64,000 nt of DNA from Macrostomum lignano (GCA_002269645.1 NIVC01000461.1:372001-436000), one strand, 5' to 3'. Counted from the stretch's first letter, positions 39,349 to 52,341 are shown. Notes: a model not told the origin generated them from the letters alone. Translations and numbers: made by a program.

Positions 39349-42163
39349 AATACGCGTCCCCGCATGCAAGGTTAGAGCAGGGTGCGTCAGATGGCGCGTC
39401 GCAGTCAGTAGCCCTCTTTCCGGATCACGTGACCCACCAGTTGAAGTCGCCGCCGGCGTAGGATAATGGACGCGCGCTGCAGCTTGGCCCGATCGTATAA
39501 GGTCTCGGTCCCGATGCTCTCATTAGCTCGAAAGGCCGCACGGAGCAGCCCTGAGTGCGCCGAGTCTAGCTGCCCCTCCAGCGTAGCCGTCAGCGTCCAC
39601 GTCTCGGCGTTGTAGAGCAGGACGGTTTCGACCACCGCCTTCCACAGCCGAGCAGGAGGACGGCTCGGATCGAAGGAAAGGCCGCCCAGGCAAGTCCTCT
39701 GCGCCGCCGGAGGTCTTCTCCACGTGAGGCACCAGACCGCCGAAGTAGGTGAACCGCTGGCAGCGTGCGAGCCTGGTCGTCTGCCCGTCTGCGCCGCGGC
39801 ACGTCAGGTCTGCTGGGATGTCGGCCGGCACAGTCGGTACCTCAGTCTTCAGCATGTTGACAACCAGACCGACGCTCGATGCCACTTCGACCAGCCTGTC
39901 GATCTGGCGCTGGGCGCCTTCAATGGACGAGGACAGGAGGGCGAGGTCCTCGGTATCGCCAAGCACGCCCAGGCGCTTTTCGCCGTGGCGCCGACCGATG
40001 CGTCTGGGCAGCGGGAAGCCGTCGACAGTCGAGGGGAGTATGGTCCGAAGCACCCAGTCCAGCAGCAGCACGAAGAGGAACGGCGCTAGCGTGTCGCCCA
40101 GCAGAACTCCTGATGAAGTGTCTAACAGGCCGTCCGCCATCACCACAGCAGTTTGAGTATCGCAATAAAGCGCCATGACAGCGTCGATTAGCTGCTGGGG
40201 TATCCGGTAGGCTCGAAGGACAAAGGGAAGCGCGGCTCTCAACACCGAGTCAAACGCCTTTCGAAAGTCAACGAAGACAATGATCAGCGTAGACTGGCGG
40301 ATGCGCGCCTCCTCGATGACACGGCGGAGTGCGAGGATCTGTGTCACTGTACCGCGTTGCGGCTGGAATCCGTTCTGATCGTACCGCAGGTACGGGTCCA
40401 GCACCGACTGCAGACGATCGAGCAGCAGCCGGTTGAAGAGCTTTGCGGTGCAGGACATTAGCGAGATCCCGCGGTGGTCTTCTTTCCACGTTGTCCCTGC
40501 CTTCTTCGGGATCGGCACGATGTGCGCGACGGTCCACTCGGTGGGCGCAGGAGCGCCGGCGAGCACGCGGTTCATGACGCCTGTGACCTGGGAGGCCACA
40601 CAGCGGAGCCGCAGCGCTTCGACCGGGACTTCGTCGGGGCCGAGCACCTTGCCGCCAAGTGATTTTCGAGCGAACAGCACAACGTCCTCCGTGGTGACTC
40701 CTTCTCAGCTGGGAGCGGCGTGTCCAGTGGGAGCGCAAAGCTGGCGTGCAGCGGCGAGCGGGCGCGTTTACAACAACACAACAACAAAAAAATACATTGT
40801 CAGCCAGTCAAGCTTGGGACAATGTCACATGGCACATTTCAAGGCCTGGGCGCGAACTTCGGCCGCACCGCCGGCAGTGTCCGGGGCGCCGGCATCAGCC
40901 AGCAGGCAGCGCGTTCACGATGCTGGCGAAGAAGTCGCGCAATTCATTCTTGCGCTCCTCCGGGGTGTCGCCGGCCAGGTTCAGCGCCACGCGCTTTTGC
41001 GCCCCGTCAGAGTCCGGACGGCCGTCCACACTGCGCGGCTCTTCGAGTCGGGGCCGGCTGAAGTGATGGTCCGGACGGTGTCGTCGACAGCAACCTGCTG
41101 CCGCTTGTCTAGAAGGTGCTCAAACGCGTCTTCAGCGTCGCCCGTAGGCCGCCGATTTCTGCTGAGTCGCTCGATGTTGAGCCGCGCTTGCCTGATGGTC
41201 GGGTCGCTCTGTTAGACTGGCAGCGATTTCTGCGCTGGCCGCATCAGCGAGACCGTCTGCTCCGCAACGGCTCTAACGGCGGTGCTGATGTCGGAATACT
41301 CCGCCTCGCGCTGGTCTCCAAGCGCGCCGACGAAGGCGCCCGCGAATTGACGCTTGACGCGGGTGTCCAACAGAGCGCGATAGTAGCGCCGTGGCTGCTG
41401 CTTTGGCGGTCGGTAGAGCTGGTCGCGGAGCCGCAAGTCGCAGATCAGGAGTCGGTGGTCTGACCGGAGAGCCAGCGGAGCCATGGCGGCGCTCGCGAGT
41501 GCGAACCAGCGCATGATCGAGTTGCGCCAGTCTCCTCGTGGCGTTCCGCCCGCGTGCGTCCCGCCGCCTTCTCTTGCAGCCAGCAAAGGTGACCAGGCGG
41601 GCAGGGGCTTGGGGAACTGGGTGTTCGCGGACACCAGGGTCACAGCCGGTCAAGCAGGTCCTCCAGTGCATCGGTGTTGGCGCTCTCGCGTCCCGCAACA
41701 AAGGGCGAGCGCTCTGACCTTTGCGGGACTGCGTTCAGGTCTCCGAGCACCGCCAGCGTGTTGCGGTTTGGCACCTCTTCCAGCTGCCCAGCCAGGAAGT
41801 CGAAGAAGGCGCGAGCCTCCTCGGGGTGAGCAGCGGTAGGTGCATACGCGCAGAACAGCCGAATGCAGTAGGCGCGCAGTCGCAGGTCGACCCGCATCAG
41901 TCGCAGGAACAGCGAAGTGCAATGCACGCGCTGCTGAAGGCGCGGTCCAATCAGTACGCCGACACCGCCCGGCCGCGGTCGTCTGCCGACGTGTACAGGA
42001 GGCTCCAGCCGGCTCCGAGGTCCTCAGAGTGGAGCCCCGGCTAAGCCACGATAGAAACCCCCTGCAGCAAGATGAGGTCCAGCTGGACGAGAATAATGCG
42101 ACGCCAGGGGGCCTTCAGAGTACGGCTGTTCATTGTGCCGAGTCTGAGGCGCGGCCACCTGAC
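39301..42163 (-). mobile_element. Decayed non-LTR retrotransposon (RTE-like; AP endonuclease plus reverse transcriptase) with a (TTG)n 3' tail
   Basis: APE motifs: LGTMNSRTL, AYAPT, LGDLNA, SDHRLL. RT motifs: RGISLMSCTAKLFNR, FVDFRKAFDSV, GVLLGDTLAPFLF, with the YADD-equivalent degraded to GDTED. C-terminal RRRLQLVGHVIR. (caa)n at 39301-39348. Several frameshifts and stops. The clade assignment is inference. Confidence 0.88.
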
Positions 42164-42164
42164 T

Positions 42165-42490
42165 TTTAACTCATTTCATTACCCTCAACTCATGGCCTTT
42201 CAGCTTATTTCATTACCCTCAACTCATTGCCTTACAACTCATTTCATTACCCTCAACTCATGGCCTTTCAGCTTATTTCATTACCCTCAACTCATTGCCT
42301 TACAACTCATTTCATTACCCTCAACTCATTGCCTTTCAGCTCATTTCATTACCCTCAACTCATTGCCTTTTAACTAATTTCATTAACCTCAACTCATGGC
42401 CTTACAACTCATTTCATTACCCTCAACTCATTGCCTTACAACTCATTTCATTACCCTCAACTCATTGCCTTTCAAGTCAACTCATTGCTT
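42165..42490. repeat. Approx. 34-bp minisatellite abutting the LINE 5' end
   Basis: Unit aactcatttcattaccctcaactcattgccttac, about 9 copies. Confidence 0.92.
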
Positions 42491-42814
42491 TCAGCAGAGT
42501 TCTTTGAATGGAAAATATGTCAGTAGCTTCACCCTTTCTCTTCAAGGCAAAAAGTTTGAATTGCATATACTAAGGTAGATAAGCCTCAACGCAATCAGTC
42601 ACACAGGCAGAACTCTCCAACGCACATAACGGCCAACAGTCGCCATAAATTACAAATCTATTAATTGGCACAGATAAAATTGTCATTAAGACAGACGGGG
42701 TGCACGTGTCCAGCGATTTCTAGCGTATGTCATAACCAACCGGGACCAATTTTTTTGTCTATGGCAGAACCCCATTCAGCGCTGTGCGTTCTCTCTAGGC
42801 CGACTGCAGTTCTT

Positions 42815-42856
<42 letters not shown>

Positions 42857-43291
42857 GTAAAAATTCTATACTGCATTTTAGCCATTGACTTTGAAGCTAC
42901 TTTCGATAAAAGTGAGAGACAAGCCAGATCTACTATGGTGCTCAAGCCTATAAGCTAGAGTAGACGATTGGGGGGTGGGGCTTGGGTGCTGTACGCGCAC
43001 GGGCGCAGCCGCACGTTGCAAGCACCCCCCCCCCTTTCTAAAACAAACATGGGCGATGAGCACAGCATAGAAAGTGCAGCATAGAATGCTCACAGAAGTT
43101 TGTCAAACTCATTTTCAGTGACATAAAATACCACTAATACTAAAAACCACACTATCTCATAGTCATCATGGAATTCGCATGGAGTCTTTAAATAGGGGGG
43201 GGGGGTTCGGCCAAGTGTTGTTCTTCCAATCGTCTGGCTCCAGCAGTCCTTGGCCTGGCAACGGGTGAGATTAAGTGTCTACCCGAGTGGA

Positions 43292-43358
43292 CCAATGATA
43301 GGCACGGGAGAGAGAGAGAGAGAAACGACTCTCCAGACTGAGAGGCCGCGTATAAATA
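43292..43358 (+). promoter_or_regulatory. Candidate core promoter of the amidase gene (CCAAT at 43292, TATAAATA at 43351)
   Basis: A canonical TATA box lies 93 bp upstream of the ATG, with a CCAAT box about 60 bp further upstream. Confidence 0.5.
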
Positions 43359-43443
43359 CGACTAAGGCTCAGTGAAGAGCCAGTTAATTAATTTAAATCT
43401 GTTGAGTCGACACTGTAATCAACCAACGAAAGCAAACTGCAAG

Positions 43444-46400
43444 ATGCGGACTCTGATGCTGCCGATGCTGCTACTGCTGGCTGCCTGCTGGGTGCTGCCA
43501 GCGTCTGGCTCCATCGACGGTCGCAAAGCGGCAGCCGGCCTGCTGGCCAACGCCAGCATCTCTGGGATTCTGTCGGGCATCCGCGACGGCCGGTTCACCT
43601 GCGAGGATTTGATCAGCGAGCAGCTTCGCCGAATCGATGCCTACAATGCCAGCCTGGCCGCTTTCATCTCCGTCGATAAGGAGGCTGCGATGGCGGCGGC
43701 GAAGGCCAAGGACAGCCAGGGCGGGCTGAGCGGAGCGCTGCACTGCGTGCCAGTGGCCGTGAAGGACAACGCGGATGTCAAAGGGGTGCCGACCACCAGC
43801 GGAGCGCCCGCCCTGCGGACTATGACAGCGGCTAGCGACAGCGCCGTGGTGGCTCGCATCAGGGCGGCTGGCGGTGAGCCGGGATGAGATATGGATGGAC
43901 TTCATGGGGGCATGAGAGGGAGACTTCATAGGGGCATGAGAGGGAGACTGCATGGGGGCATGAGAGGGAGACTGCATGGGGGTGTGAGAGGGAGACTGAG
44001 AGGGAGACTGCATGGGGGCATAAGAGGGAGACTGCATGGGGGCATGAGAGGGAAACTTCATAGGGGCATGAGAGGGAGACTGCATGGGGGCATGAGAGGG
44101 AGACTGCATGGGGGCATGAGAGGGAGACTGCATGGGGGCATGAGAGGGAGACTGCATGGGGGCATGAGAGGGAGACTGCATGGGGGCATGAGAGGGAGAC
44201 TGCATGGGGGCATGAGAGGGAGACTGAGAGGGAGACTGCATGGGGGTGTGAGAGGGAGACTGAGAGGGAGACTGCATGGGGGCATGAGAGGGAGACTGCA
44301 TGGGGGTGTGAGAGGGAGACTGAGAGGGAGACTGCATGGGGGCATGAGAGGGAGACTGCATGGGGGCATGAGAGGGAGACTGCATGAAAGCATGAGAGGG
44401 AGACTGCATGGGGGCATGAGAGGGAGACTGAGAGGGAGACTGCATGGGGAATGAGAACGAGACTGGGAGCATGTGAGGAGATGCTAGCATGAGAGGGAAA
44501 AGTACTGCAAGGTGCTGCAATCAGAGAGGAAGAACACAAGCACAAACCCGGGTCCAACAGGCATAGTGATAGGCAAGGCCAACATGGCGGAAATGTCGGA
44601 CTCCGGCACCAGCTCAGTCAGCACCCTTGGCGGAGTCTGCGCCAACCCGTGGGACAAGCGGCGAAGCTGCCTCGGCAGTTCTGGCGGGTCAGGCGCCGCG
44701 GTGGCCGCCGGCCTGGCCGTCCTTGGCGTCGGCACGGACACTGAGGGCTCCGTGATCGGGCCCTGTACAGCATCCGGTCTCGTCTGCATCAGGCCGACTC
44801 AGAACGCGCAATTCGAAGCCATGCGGGAGGGCGTCTACCCGGCCTTCCAGCGACAGGACCTGGTCGGCTTGATGGCTCGCAGCAGGGGCGACTACCTCAC
44901 TGCTCACGATGCCGTCTACGGTATGTTGTGCGGCAGTGCCCTCCGTCACTGTCCCGCACACCCTCCGTCACTGTGCCGCACACCCTCCGTCACTGTCCCG
45001 CACACCCTCCGTCACTGTGCCGCACACCCTCCGTCACTGTCCCGCACACCCTCCGTCACTGTCCCGCACACCCTCCGTCACTGTCCCGCACACCCTCCGT
45101 CACTGTCCCGCACACCCTCCGTCACTGTCCCGCACACCCTCCGTCACTGTCCCGCACACCCTCCGTCACTGTCCCGCACACCGTCCGTCAAATAACTTAT
45201 CAGACGCGCTCACATCCCGGCAAAATGATTCAAACCGAAACAGGCAGCAACTTCAGCCAGACAATATCCGGGGTAACTCAGCTCAACAAAATGACAATCC
45301 GATTCCTGGATAATTTCTACGAAAGTTTCCCAATCTCAACAACCGAGTCCTACTCACCTGACCCGGAAATGGTCCGCCTGCACAACCGCGCCGCCGAACG
45401 CTTGGCCGGACTGGGCGCCACAATTCAGCGCTACAGGACGAATGGCACCGATCTGGGCGCCAAGCTCGGTGTGATATTCCAGGCCACCAGCACCAAGCCG
45501 CGGTGCAGCAACAGCTGCATGAAGAAGAGCCTCAACGATTACTTAAGGCGGTGAGTCTAAATATTTTTAAATCCTGGAGTCCTTGAGTTCCATCTTGCCG
45601 ATGCTGAATATCCCGGAGTCCTTGAGTTCCATCTTGCCGATGCTGAATATCCCGGAGTCCTTGAGTTCCATCTTGCCGATGCTGAATATCCCGGAGTCCT
45701 TGAGTTCCATCTTGCCGATGCTGAATATCCCGGAGTCCTTGAGTTCCATCTTGCCGATGCTGAATATCCCGGAGTCCTTGAGTTCCATCTTGCCGATGCT
45801 GAATATCCCGGAGTCCTTGAGTTCCATCTTGCCGATGCTGAATATCCCGGAGTCCTTGAGTTCCATCTTGCCGATGCTGAATATCCCGGAGTCCTTGAGT
45901 TCCATCTTGCCGATGCTGAATATCCCGGAGTCCTTGAGTTCCATCTTGCCGATGCTGAATATCCCGGAGTCCTTGAGTTCCATCTTGCCGATGCTGAATA
46001 TCCCGGAGTCCTTGAGTTCCATCTTGCCGATGCTGAATATCCCGGAGTCCTTGAGTTCCATCTTGCCGATGCTGAATATCCCGGAGTCCTTGAGTTCCAT
46101 CTTGCCGATGCTGAATATCCCGGAGTCCTTGAGTTCCATCTTGCCGATGCTGAATATCCCGGAGTCCTTGAGTTCCATCTTGCCGATGCTGAATATCCCG
46201 GAGTCCTTGAGTTCCATCTTGCCGATGCTGAATATCCCGGAGTCCTTGAGTTCCATCTTGCCGATGCTGAATATCCCGGAGTACTTTGCCTCCCTCCCGC
46301 AATCTTACCACCAGTGTCTCGAACCCACACGCCATCCTCGTACAAAAATCCGTCCAGCTACTCGGCAACCGGGCCGTTTCGAAACGCCAGCGACCTGCAG

Positions 46401-46931
46401 CGCGTGATCTCGGGCTTCCCGATCTCCTACCAGGAGAAGCTGAACTTCACCATCAGCCAGCCGGACGATGAAGTGTGCGGCGCGGCCGCCTGCGACCCCT
46501 ACAACATCGGCCGGTCGAACGTCACCGACATCATGCGCGAGCTGCTGGGCGACGCTGATGTCTTGGCGGTGCCGTTCACCGCCAAGCTGCCGCAGTTGAA
46601 CTCCGTGCAGCCGGGTCTCGCCGACCAGATCTCGCCGGCCTTGAACCCGTACACAGGCTGGCCCAGCCTGGCCCTGCCTGTGGGATTCTCCGCCTCCGAC
46701 GGGCAGGACCAGCCGCAGGGTCTGCCGGTGTCCGCGGTGCTGCTGGCCGAGACCGACAACGAGCGACTGCTGCTCAACGTTGCCAACGCCTACCTGGCCA
46801 GCTATCCGGACATTCGCGTACCGGACTTGGCGCCCGAACTCGAAGTCAAAGCGGCTGGCAAGGTTGGCGGAGTGCCGGCTCTGCTGCTGATCTTGGCCGG
46901 TGTACTAGTGCTATGCTGTCGAAGTCTCTGA
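43444..46931 (+). CDS. Secreted, probably GPI-anchored amidase-signature (Ser-cisSer-Lys) hydrolase
   Basis: Exons 43444-43873, 44561-44920, 45244-45550 and 46358-46931 are GT-AG with phases 1, 1, 2; 1671 nt = 556 aa. Signal peptide MRTLMLPMLLLLAACWVLPASG. Catalytic motifs VAVKDN, GSSGGSGAAVAAG and GTDTEGS, plus GWPSLALPVG. Hydrophobic C-terminus ALLLILAGVLVLCCRSL. Confidence 0.9.
43905..44445. repeat. 24-bp minisatellite (gagagggagactgcatgggggcat)n, amidase intron 1
   Basis: Directly visible. Confidence 0.95.
44936..45190. repeat. 22-bp minisatellite (ccgtcactgtcccgcacaccct)n, amidase intron 2
   Basis: Directly visible. Confidence 0.95.
45573..46281. repeat. 39-bp perfect minisatellite, about 18 copies, amidase intron 3
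   Basis: Unit gagtccttgagttccatcttgccgatgctgaatatcccg. Confidence 0.97.
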
Positions 46932-47071
46932 TCAGTCCATGAGATTTCTCATGACGCCTATGGATTTTTGACCAACATTTGACTCTCGTTCCAAAGCTTA
47001 CAGCCCGAAGTACATAAGGAACTTATTCTTACATTTTTATTTCCATGACAATTGACTGCCACGAATTGACT

Positions 47072-47960
47072 ACCCTAGCCTAAACACAAACCCTAGCCTA
47101 AACACAAGCCCTAGCCTAAACACAAACCCTAACCTAAACACAAGCCCTAACCTAAACACAACCCCTAACCTAAACACAAGCCCTAACCTAAACACAACCC
47201 CTAACCTAAACACAAGCCCTAACTTAAACACAAACTCCAACCTAAACACAAGCCCTAACCTAAACACAAGCCCTAACTTAAACAGAAACTCCAACCTAAA
47301 CTCAACCCCTAACCTAAACACAAGCCCTAACCTAAACACAACCCCTAACCTAAACACAAGCCCTAACCTAAACACAACCCCTAACCTAAACACAAGCCCT
47401 AACCTAAACACAAGCCCTAACCTAAACACAAGCCCTAACCTAAACACTAACCCTAACCTAAACACAAGCCCTAACTTAAACACAAACTCCAACCTAAACT
47501 CAACCCCTAACCTAAACACAAGCCCTAACCTAAACACTAACCCTAACCTAAACACAAGCCCTAGCCTAAACACAAGCCCTAGCCTAAACACAAACTCCAA
47601 CCTAAACTCAACCCCTAACCTAAACACAAGCCCTAACCTAAACACTAACCCTAACCTAAACACAAGCCCTAACCTAAACACTAACCCTAACCTAAACACT
47701 AACCCTAACCTAAACACAAGCCCTAACCTAAACACTAACCCTAACCTAAACACTAACCCTAACCTAAACACAAGCCCTAACCTAAACACTAACCCTAACC
47801 TAAACACTAACCCTAACCTAAACACAAGCCCTAACTTAAACACAAACTCCAACCTAAACACAAACCTTAAGCTAAACACAAACCCTAACCTAAACACAAA
47901 CCTTAAGCTAAACGCAAACCCTAGACCTAGCCTAAGCCCTATCCTAACTAAACCCCAAAC
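47072..47960. repeat. Telomere-like 18-bp minisatellite (cctaacctaaacacaagc)n
   Basis: Contains CCCTAA-like cores and is related in style to the 16.4-17.3 kb arrays. Confidence 0.95.
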
Positions 47961-48477
47961 ATAAATTCCTTTTGAAAGCCTAATTCTTATACACTACCCC
48001 TCTCCTGAACCGTGGCAGTTAGTTAATTCTGCTTCTAATTTTTATACAGCAACCAATATCTTACGCAAGATTTCCCAGTCACCGTGTCCTAACTTAAAAA
48101 CTCTGCCGGACTCGAGATTAAATAGATTAAACCTTGACATTCGAGAGTTATTTTACTCCAGAAGCATGTAACGGTTTTAGTTTAGCAATGTCAACAATGC
48201 GACTGTAGATTCGCTTTGGCCTGAGCGATAAGACTCAAACTGAGCCCAAGAGTTGCATGGACTCGTTGCTCCCTATTTGCATTATTGAATAGATAATGAA
48301 ATAATGAACAGATAAGAGCCATTACCAAAAACAGATTGGCACAGAATTTGAACTTTCGGGAGATAAACCATGGTTGACATAGATTAGCGGAGCGTTGCTA
48401 ACTTTATTAACTGGATAGGAAAAATCAGAGTTACCATAGCTTCAGTGGTTAATTACACTTATGACTCGCCATTCATA

Positions 48478-49880
48478 GTTTATGACCGAGTACCAAGTGC
48501 GAGTGCACAATGATTCCCCAGTCTATGATCGAGTACCAAGTGTGAGTACACAATGACTCATCAGTACATGACCGAGTAGCAAGTGCGAGTGCACAATGAT
48601 TCCCCAGTTTATGACCGAGTACCAAGTGTGAGTACACAATGATTCCCCAGTCTATGATCGAGTACCAAGTGTGAGTGCACAATGATTCCCCAGTCTATGA
48701 TCGAGTACCAAGTGTGAGTACACAATGATTCCCCAGTTTATGACCGAGTACCAAGCGTGAGTACACAATGATTCCCCAGTTTATGACCGAGTACCAAGTG
48801 TGGGTACACAATGATTCCCCAGTTTATGACCGAGTACCAAGTGTGAGTACACAATGACTCATCAGTACATGACCGAGTACCAAGTGTAAGTACACAATGA
48901 CTCATCAGTACATGACCGAGTACCAAGTCTGAGTACACAATGACTCATCAGTACATGACCGAGTACCAAGTGTGAGTACACAATGACCCATCAGTACATG
49001 ACCGAGTACCAAGTGTGAGTACACAATGATTCCCCAGTTTATGACCGAGTACCAAGTGTAAGTACACAATGACTCATCAGTAAATGACCGAGTACCAAGT
49101 GTGAGTACACAATGACCCATCAGTACATGACCGAGTAGCAAGTGCGAGTGCACAATGATTCCCCAGTTTATGACCGAGTACCAAGTGTGAGTACACAATG
49201 ATTCCCCAGTCTATGATCGAGTACCAAGTGTGAGTGCACAATGATTCCCCAGTCTATGATCGAGTACCAAGTGTGAGTACACAATGATTCCCCAGTTTAT
49301 GACCGAGTACCAAGCGTGAGTACACAATGATTCCCCAGTTTATGACCGAGTACCAAGTGTGGGTACACAATGATTCCCCAGTTTATGACCGAGTACCAAG
49401 TGTGAGTACACAATGACTCATCAGTACATGACCGAGTACCAAGTGTAAGTACACAATGACTCATCAGTACATGACCGAGTACCAAGTCTGAGTACACAAT
49501 GACTCATCAGTACATGACCGAGTACCAAGTGTGAGTACACAATGACCCATCAGTACATGACCGAGTACCAAGTGTGAGTACACAATGATTCCCCAGTTTA
49601 TGACCGAGTACCAAGTGTGAGTACACAATGATTCCCCAGTTTATGACCGAGTACCAAGTGTGAGTACACAATGACTCATCAGTACATGACCGAGTACCAA
49701 GTGTGAGTACACAATGACTCATCAGTACATGACCGAGTACCAAGTGTGAGTACACAATGACTCATCAGTACATGACCGAGTACCAAGTGTGAGTACACAA
49801 TGACCCATCAGTACATGACCGAGTACCAAGTGTGAGTACACAATGACTCATCAGTACATGACCGAGTACCAAGTGTGAGG
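48478..49880. repeat. 43-bp minisatellite with two unit variants and a 559-bp (13-unit) higher-order duplication
   Basis: Constant gaccgagtaccaagtgtgagtacacaatga followed by ttccccagtttat or ctcatcagtacat. Identical ORF translations end at 48938 and 49497. Confidence 0.95.
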
Positions 49881-50604
49881 TTTCAGTGACTCATCGGTCT
49901 ATGACCCAGTTCCAATATGTACAGCCGATGACACAATGCGTTCAAAATTTCTGTTTGATAAGTGACGCTAACTAAAAAAATTGTAATTACAGGCACAAAA
50001 TTTTAGTCATCAGGAAATGTTTAAATTTATAACTACACACTCAATAAGGTTATATATTTAATAATTATGAATTTAAGCAATTGTGCCAAAAGGGCAACAG
50101 TAGTATAGCAAGCAGCCGATACTCAGCACGGATAAAAACATAAATTAAGAATGAGAGCCTCCAATGACAGCAATACTGCTATATTGCATAGTTACAAACA
50201 AACAATTAACAATGTTCACAACTTTCACAACTGCCTACTAATAGTAAGAGAGCCGTACAAGATGATAGTAGCATGACATGAATTATTTAACTATGTGCTA
50301 TGAAATCTAGGGGTTGAGGTTTGTAAGAGTTCAGTAAGTTATTGAATTTAAGTCTCCACGATGAGCAATAGGCCTATTGTAGCCGGAGCAGTTGGTTCGA
50401 ATCTCCGGTCACTTCACCGTATCAATAAAATATCGAATCATAAAATAAACGGGTTGAACAGATCGATGAAGAGATTACTGCGGGTTTATTTTGAGCACTT
50501 TAGCAAGCAGACTGTAGAGGTATAAGGCGGGAGTAAATATAGCTGCAATTTCATAGTTTGATGCCTCGTCATCTAATTAGTTATAATGCAATCTTCCCGG
50601 TCTC

Positions 50605-52341
50605 TTACTGCGACTGGATCAGCTTTCTCTTCACCTTCTGCCTGACCCGGCGCCGCTCCGCCGCGCTAACTCCGCGCGCCCCTAATCGGCGCAGCACAAC
50701 GCCGGCTGCCGCGGCCATCCGCGGGGCCACAGCGCGCAGGCCGGCAGTGTCCAGGCCGGCGATAGCGGCGGCCAAGCCCGGGTCGGCTCTGGCGGCAATA
50801 GCGTCGCCAATGAGCAGCCGGCGAGTCCTGTGGAAGAACAGGCGCTCAGCGGCGGCGTACAGTCGGGCGTCAAGGCTCGTGGCGGACTCGGCGATGGCCA
50901 GGTCGGCCCGGCTGGTGTTCAGCTGGCTGGCCACGGTTTCATCGTGCTGCCAGAACAGCCGGTTGAACAGCAGGCCGAGGCCGCGGGTGAGCTGGTACTG
51001 GTTGAGCACCTGTAGGTGACCGGTGGGAGCGAGTGAGCTTAAAATTCTTAGACAATCGAAATATTGAACATTATACAGTTCACCGAGTTTACAATCTACT
51101 AGCTCAGAGTTCACCGAGTTCACAATCTACTAGCTCAAAGTTCACAATCTACTAGCTCAGAGTTCACCGAGTTCACAATCTACTAGCTCAGAGTTCACCG
51201 AGTTAACAATCTACTAGCTCAGAGTTCACCGAGTTCACAATCTACTAGCTCAGAGTTCACCGAGTTAACAATCTACTAGCCTCAAAGTTCACCGAGTTCA
51301 CAATCACTAGCCTCAAAGTTCACCGAGTTCACAATCTACTAGCTCAAAGTTCATTGAGTTCACAATCTACTAACTCAAAGTTCACCGAGTTCACAATCTA
51401 CTAGCTCAAAGTTCACCGAGTTCACAATCTACTAACTCAAAGTTCACCGAGTTCACAATCTACTAACTCAAAGTTCACAATCTACTAACTCAAAGTTCAC
51501 CGAGTTCACAATCTACTAACTTAAAAACTACAACCATAGCTACCTGGTACTCGGTGAGGCCAACAAAAATCATTCGTCTCAGATTGGCCAGCGCCCCGGC
51601 CAGCATCTCCTCGCCGCCCAGGCACTCCCGGCCGGTCAGGTTGGCCAGCATGCGGCTCTGCCTATTAATAGCCGGATTGGTGGCGCAGCCGGCAAACTCG
51701 GCCAGCCCAACGCCGTGCCAGTCGTCGCCACGGTAGCACAGCTCCGGCTGCGGGTCCATCGGTTTTCCGTCGCAAAACCGACGCGCCGCCTGCCAGGTAG
51801 CGCCGCGCCTTACGTGACGCCACTCGGAAAAGAATCGGTCAACAGGCCGGCGCAGCACCGTCATGTAGTGCAGCCGGACGCCCGGGCGGAACCGATGCCA
51901 ATTGGGCACGCAAGCCTGCAAAGCGGCCAGGCTGGCGTGGAGTCCGCAGCGCCAGCCGACGCTGCCGCGGCTGAACAGCCAATCGGTGTCGGCCGAATTC
52001 AAGCACAGGCAGCGCTTCCGACCGCGCCGACAGCGGCAGGGCAGGCCGCGCACGCCGGCCCGGACGAACTGACGATTAAGCGAGGAGCCGCCGGTTTTCT
52101 GAATGTGCACCAGCACCAGGGCGCTGCCGCCCTGCATTAGATCCGGCGGCGGCCGCGGCGGCCAGTCGAGATCGTCAGGGTCGGTGTCGACGTTGGCAGA
52201 CGAGAGCCAGCGGCGATTGAAGAGGCCGGCAACGAGGTGACGGCTGCCACCATGGCGCCGAGACAGCAGGAGGAAGCAGCAGACGAGCAGGACGACAGCA
52301 AAGGCCGCCAAGCATAGCCGGTTGCGGCTGATGGCAGTCAT
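50605..52341 (-). CDS. hs6st: Heparan-sulfate 6-O-sulfotransferase
   Basis: Exons 52341-51544 and 51009-50605 (phase 0, GT-AG), 400 aa. N-terminal TM anchor; PAPS motifs HIQKTGG and LRRPVDRFFSEWRHVRRGATW; family motifs CRC..GRKRCLC, WLFSRGSVGWRCGLHA, NRQSRMLANL and GLTEYQ. Confidence 0.93.
51075..51522. repeat. 31-bp minisatellite filling the HS6ST intron
   Basis: Unit agttcaccgagttcacaatctactagctcag/a. Confidence 0.94.

Noticed and set aside
45532-46407. Perfect 13-aa repeat ORFs on both strands
   Set aside because: This is the 39-bp intron array of the amidase; the spliced frame bypasses it.
48478-49880. CRISPR-like pattern (constant 30 nt plus variable 13 nt)
   Set aside because: Only two or three recurring variants rather than unique spacers, eukaryotic context, and no cas genes.
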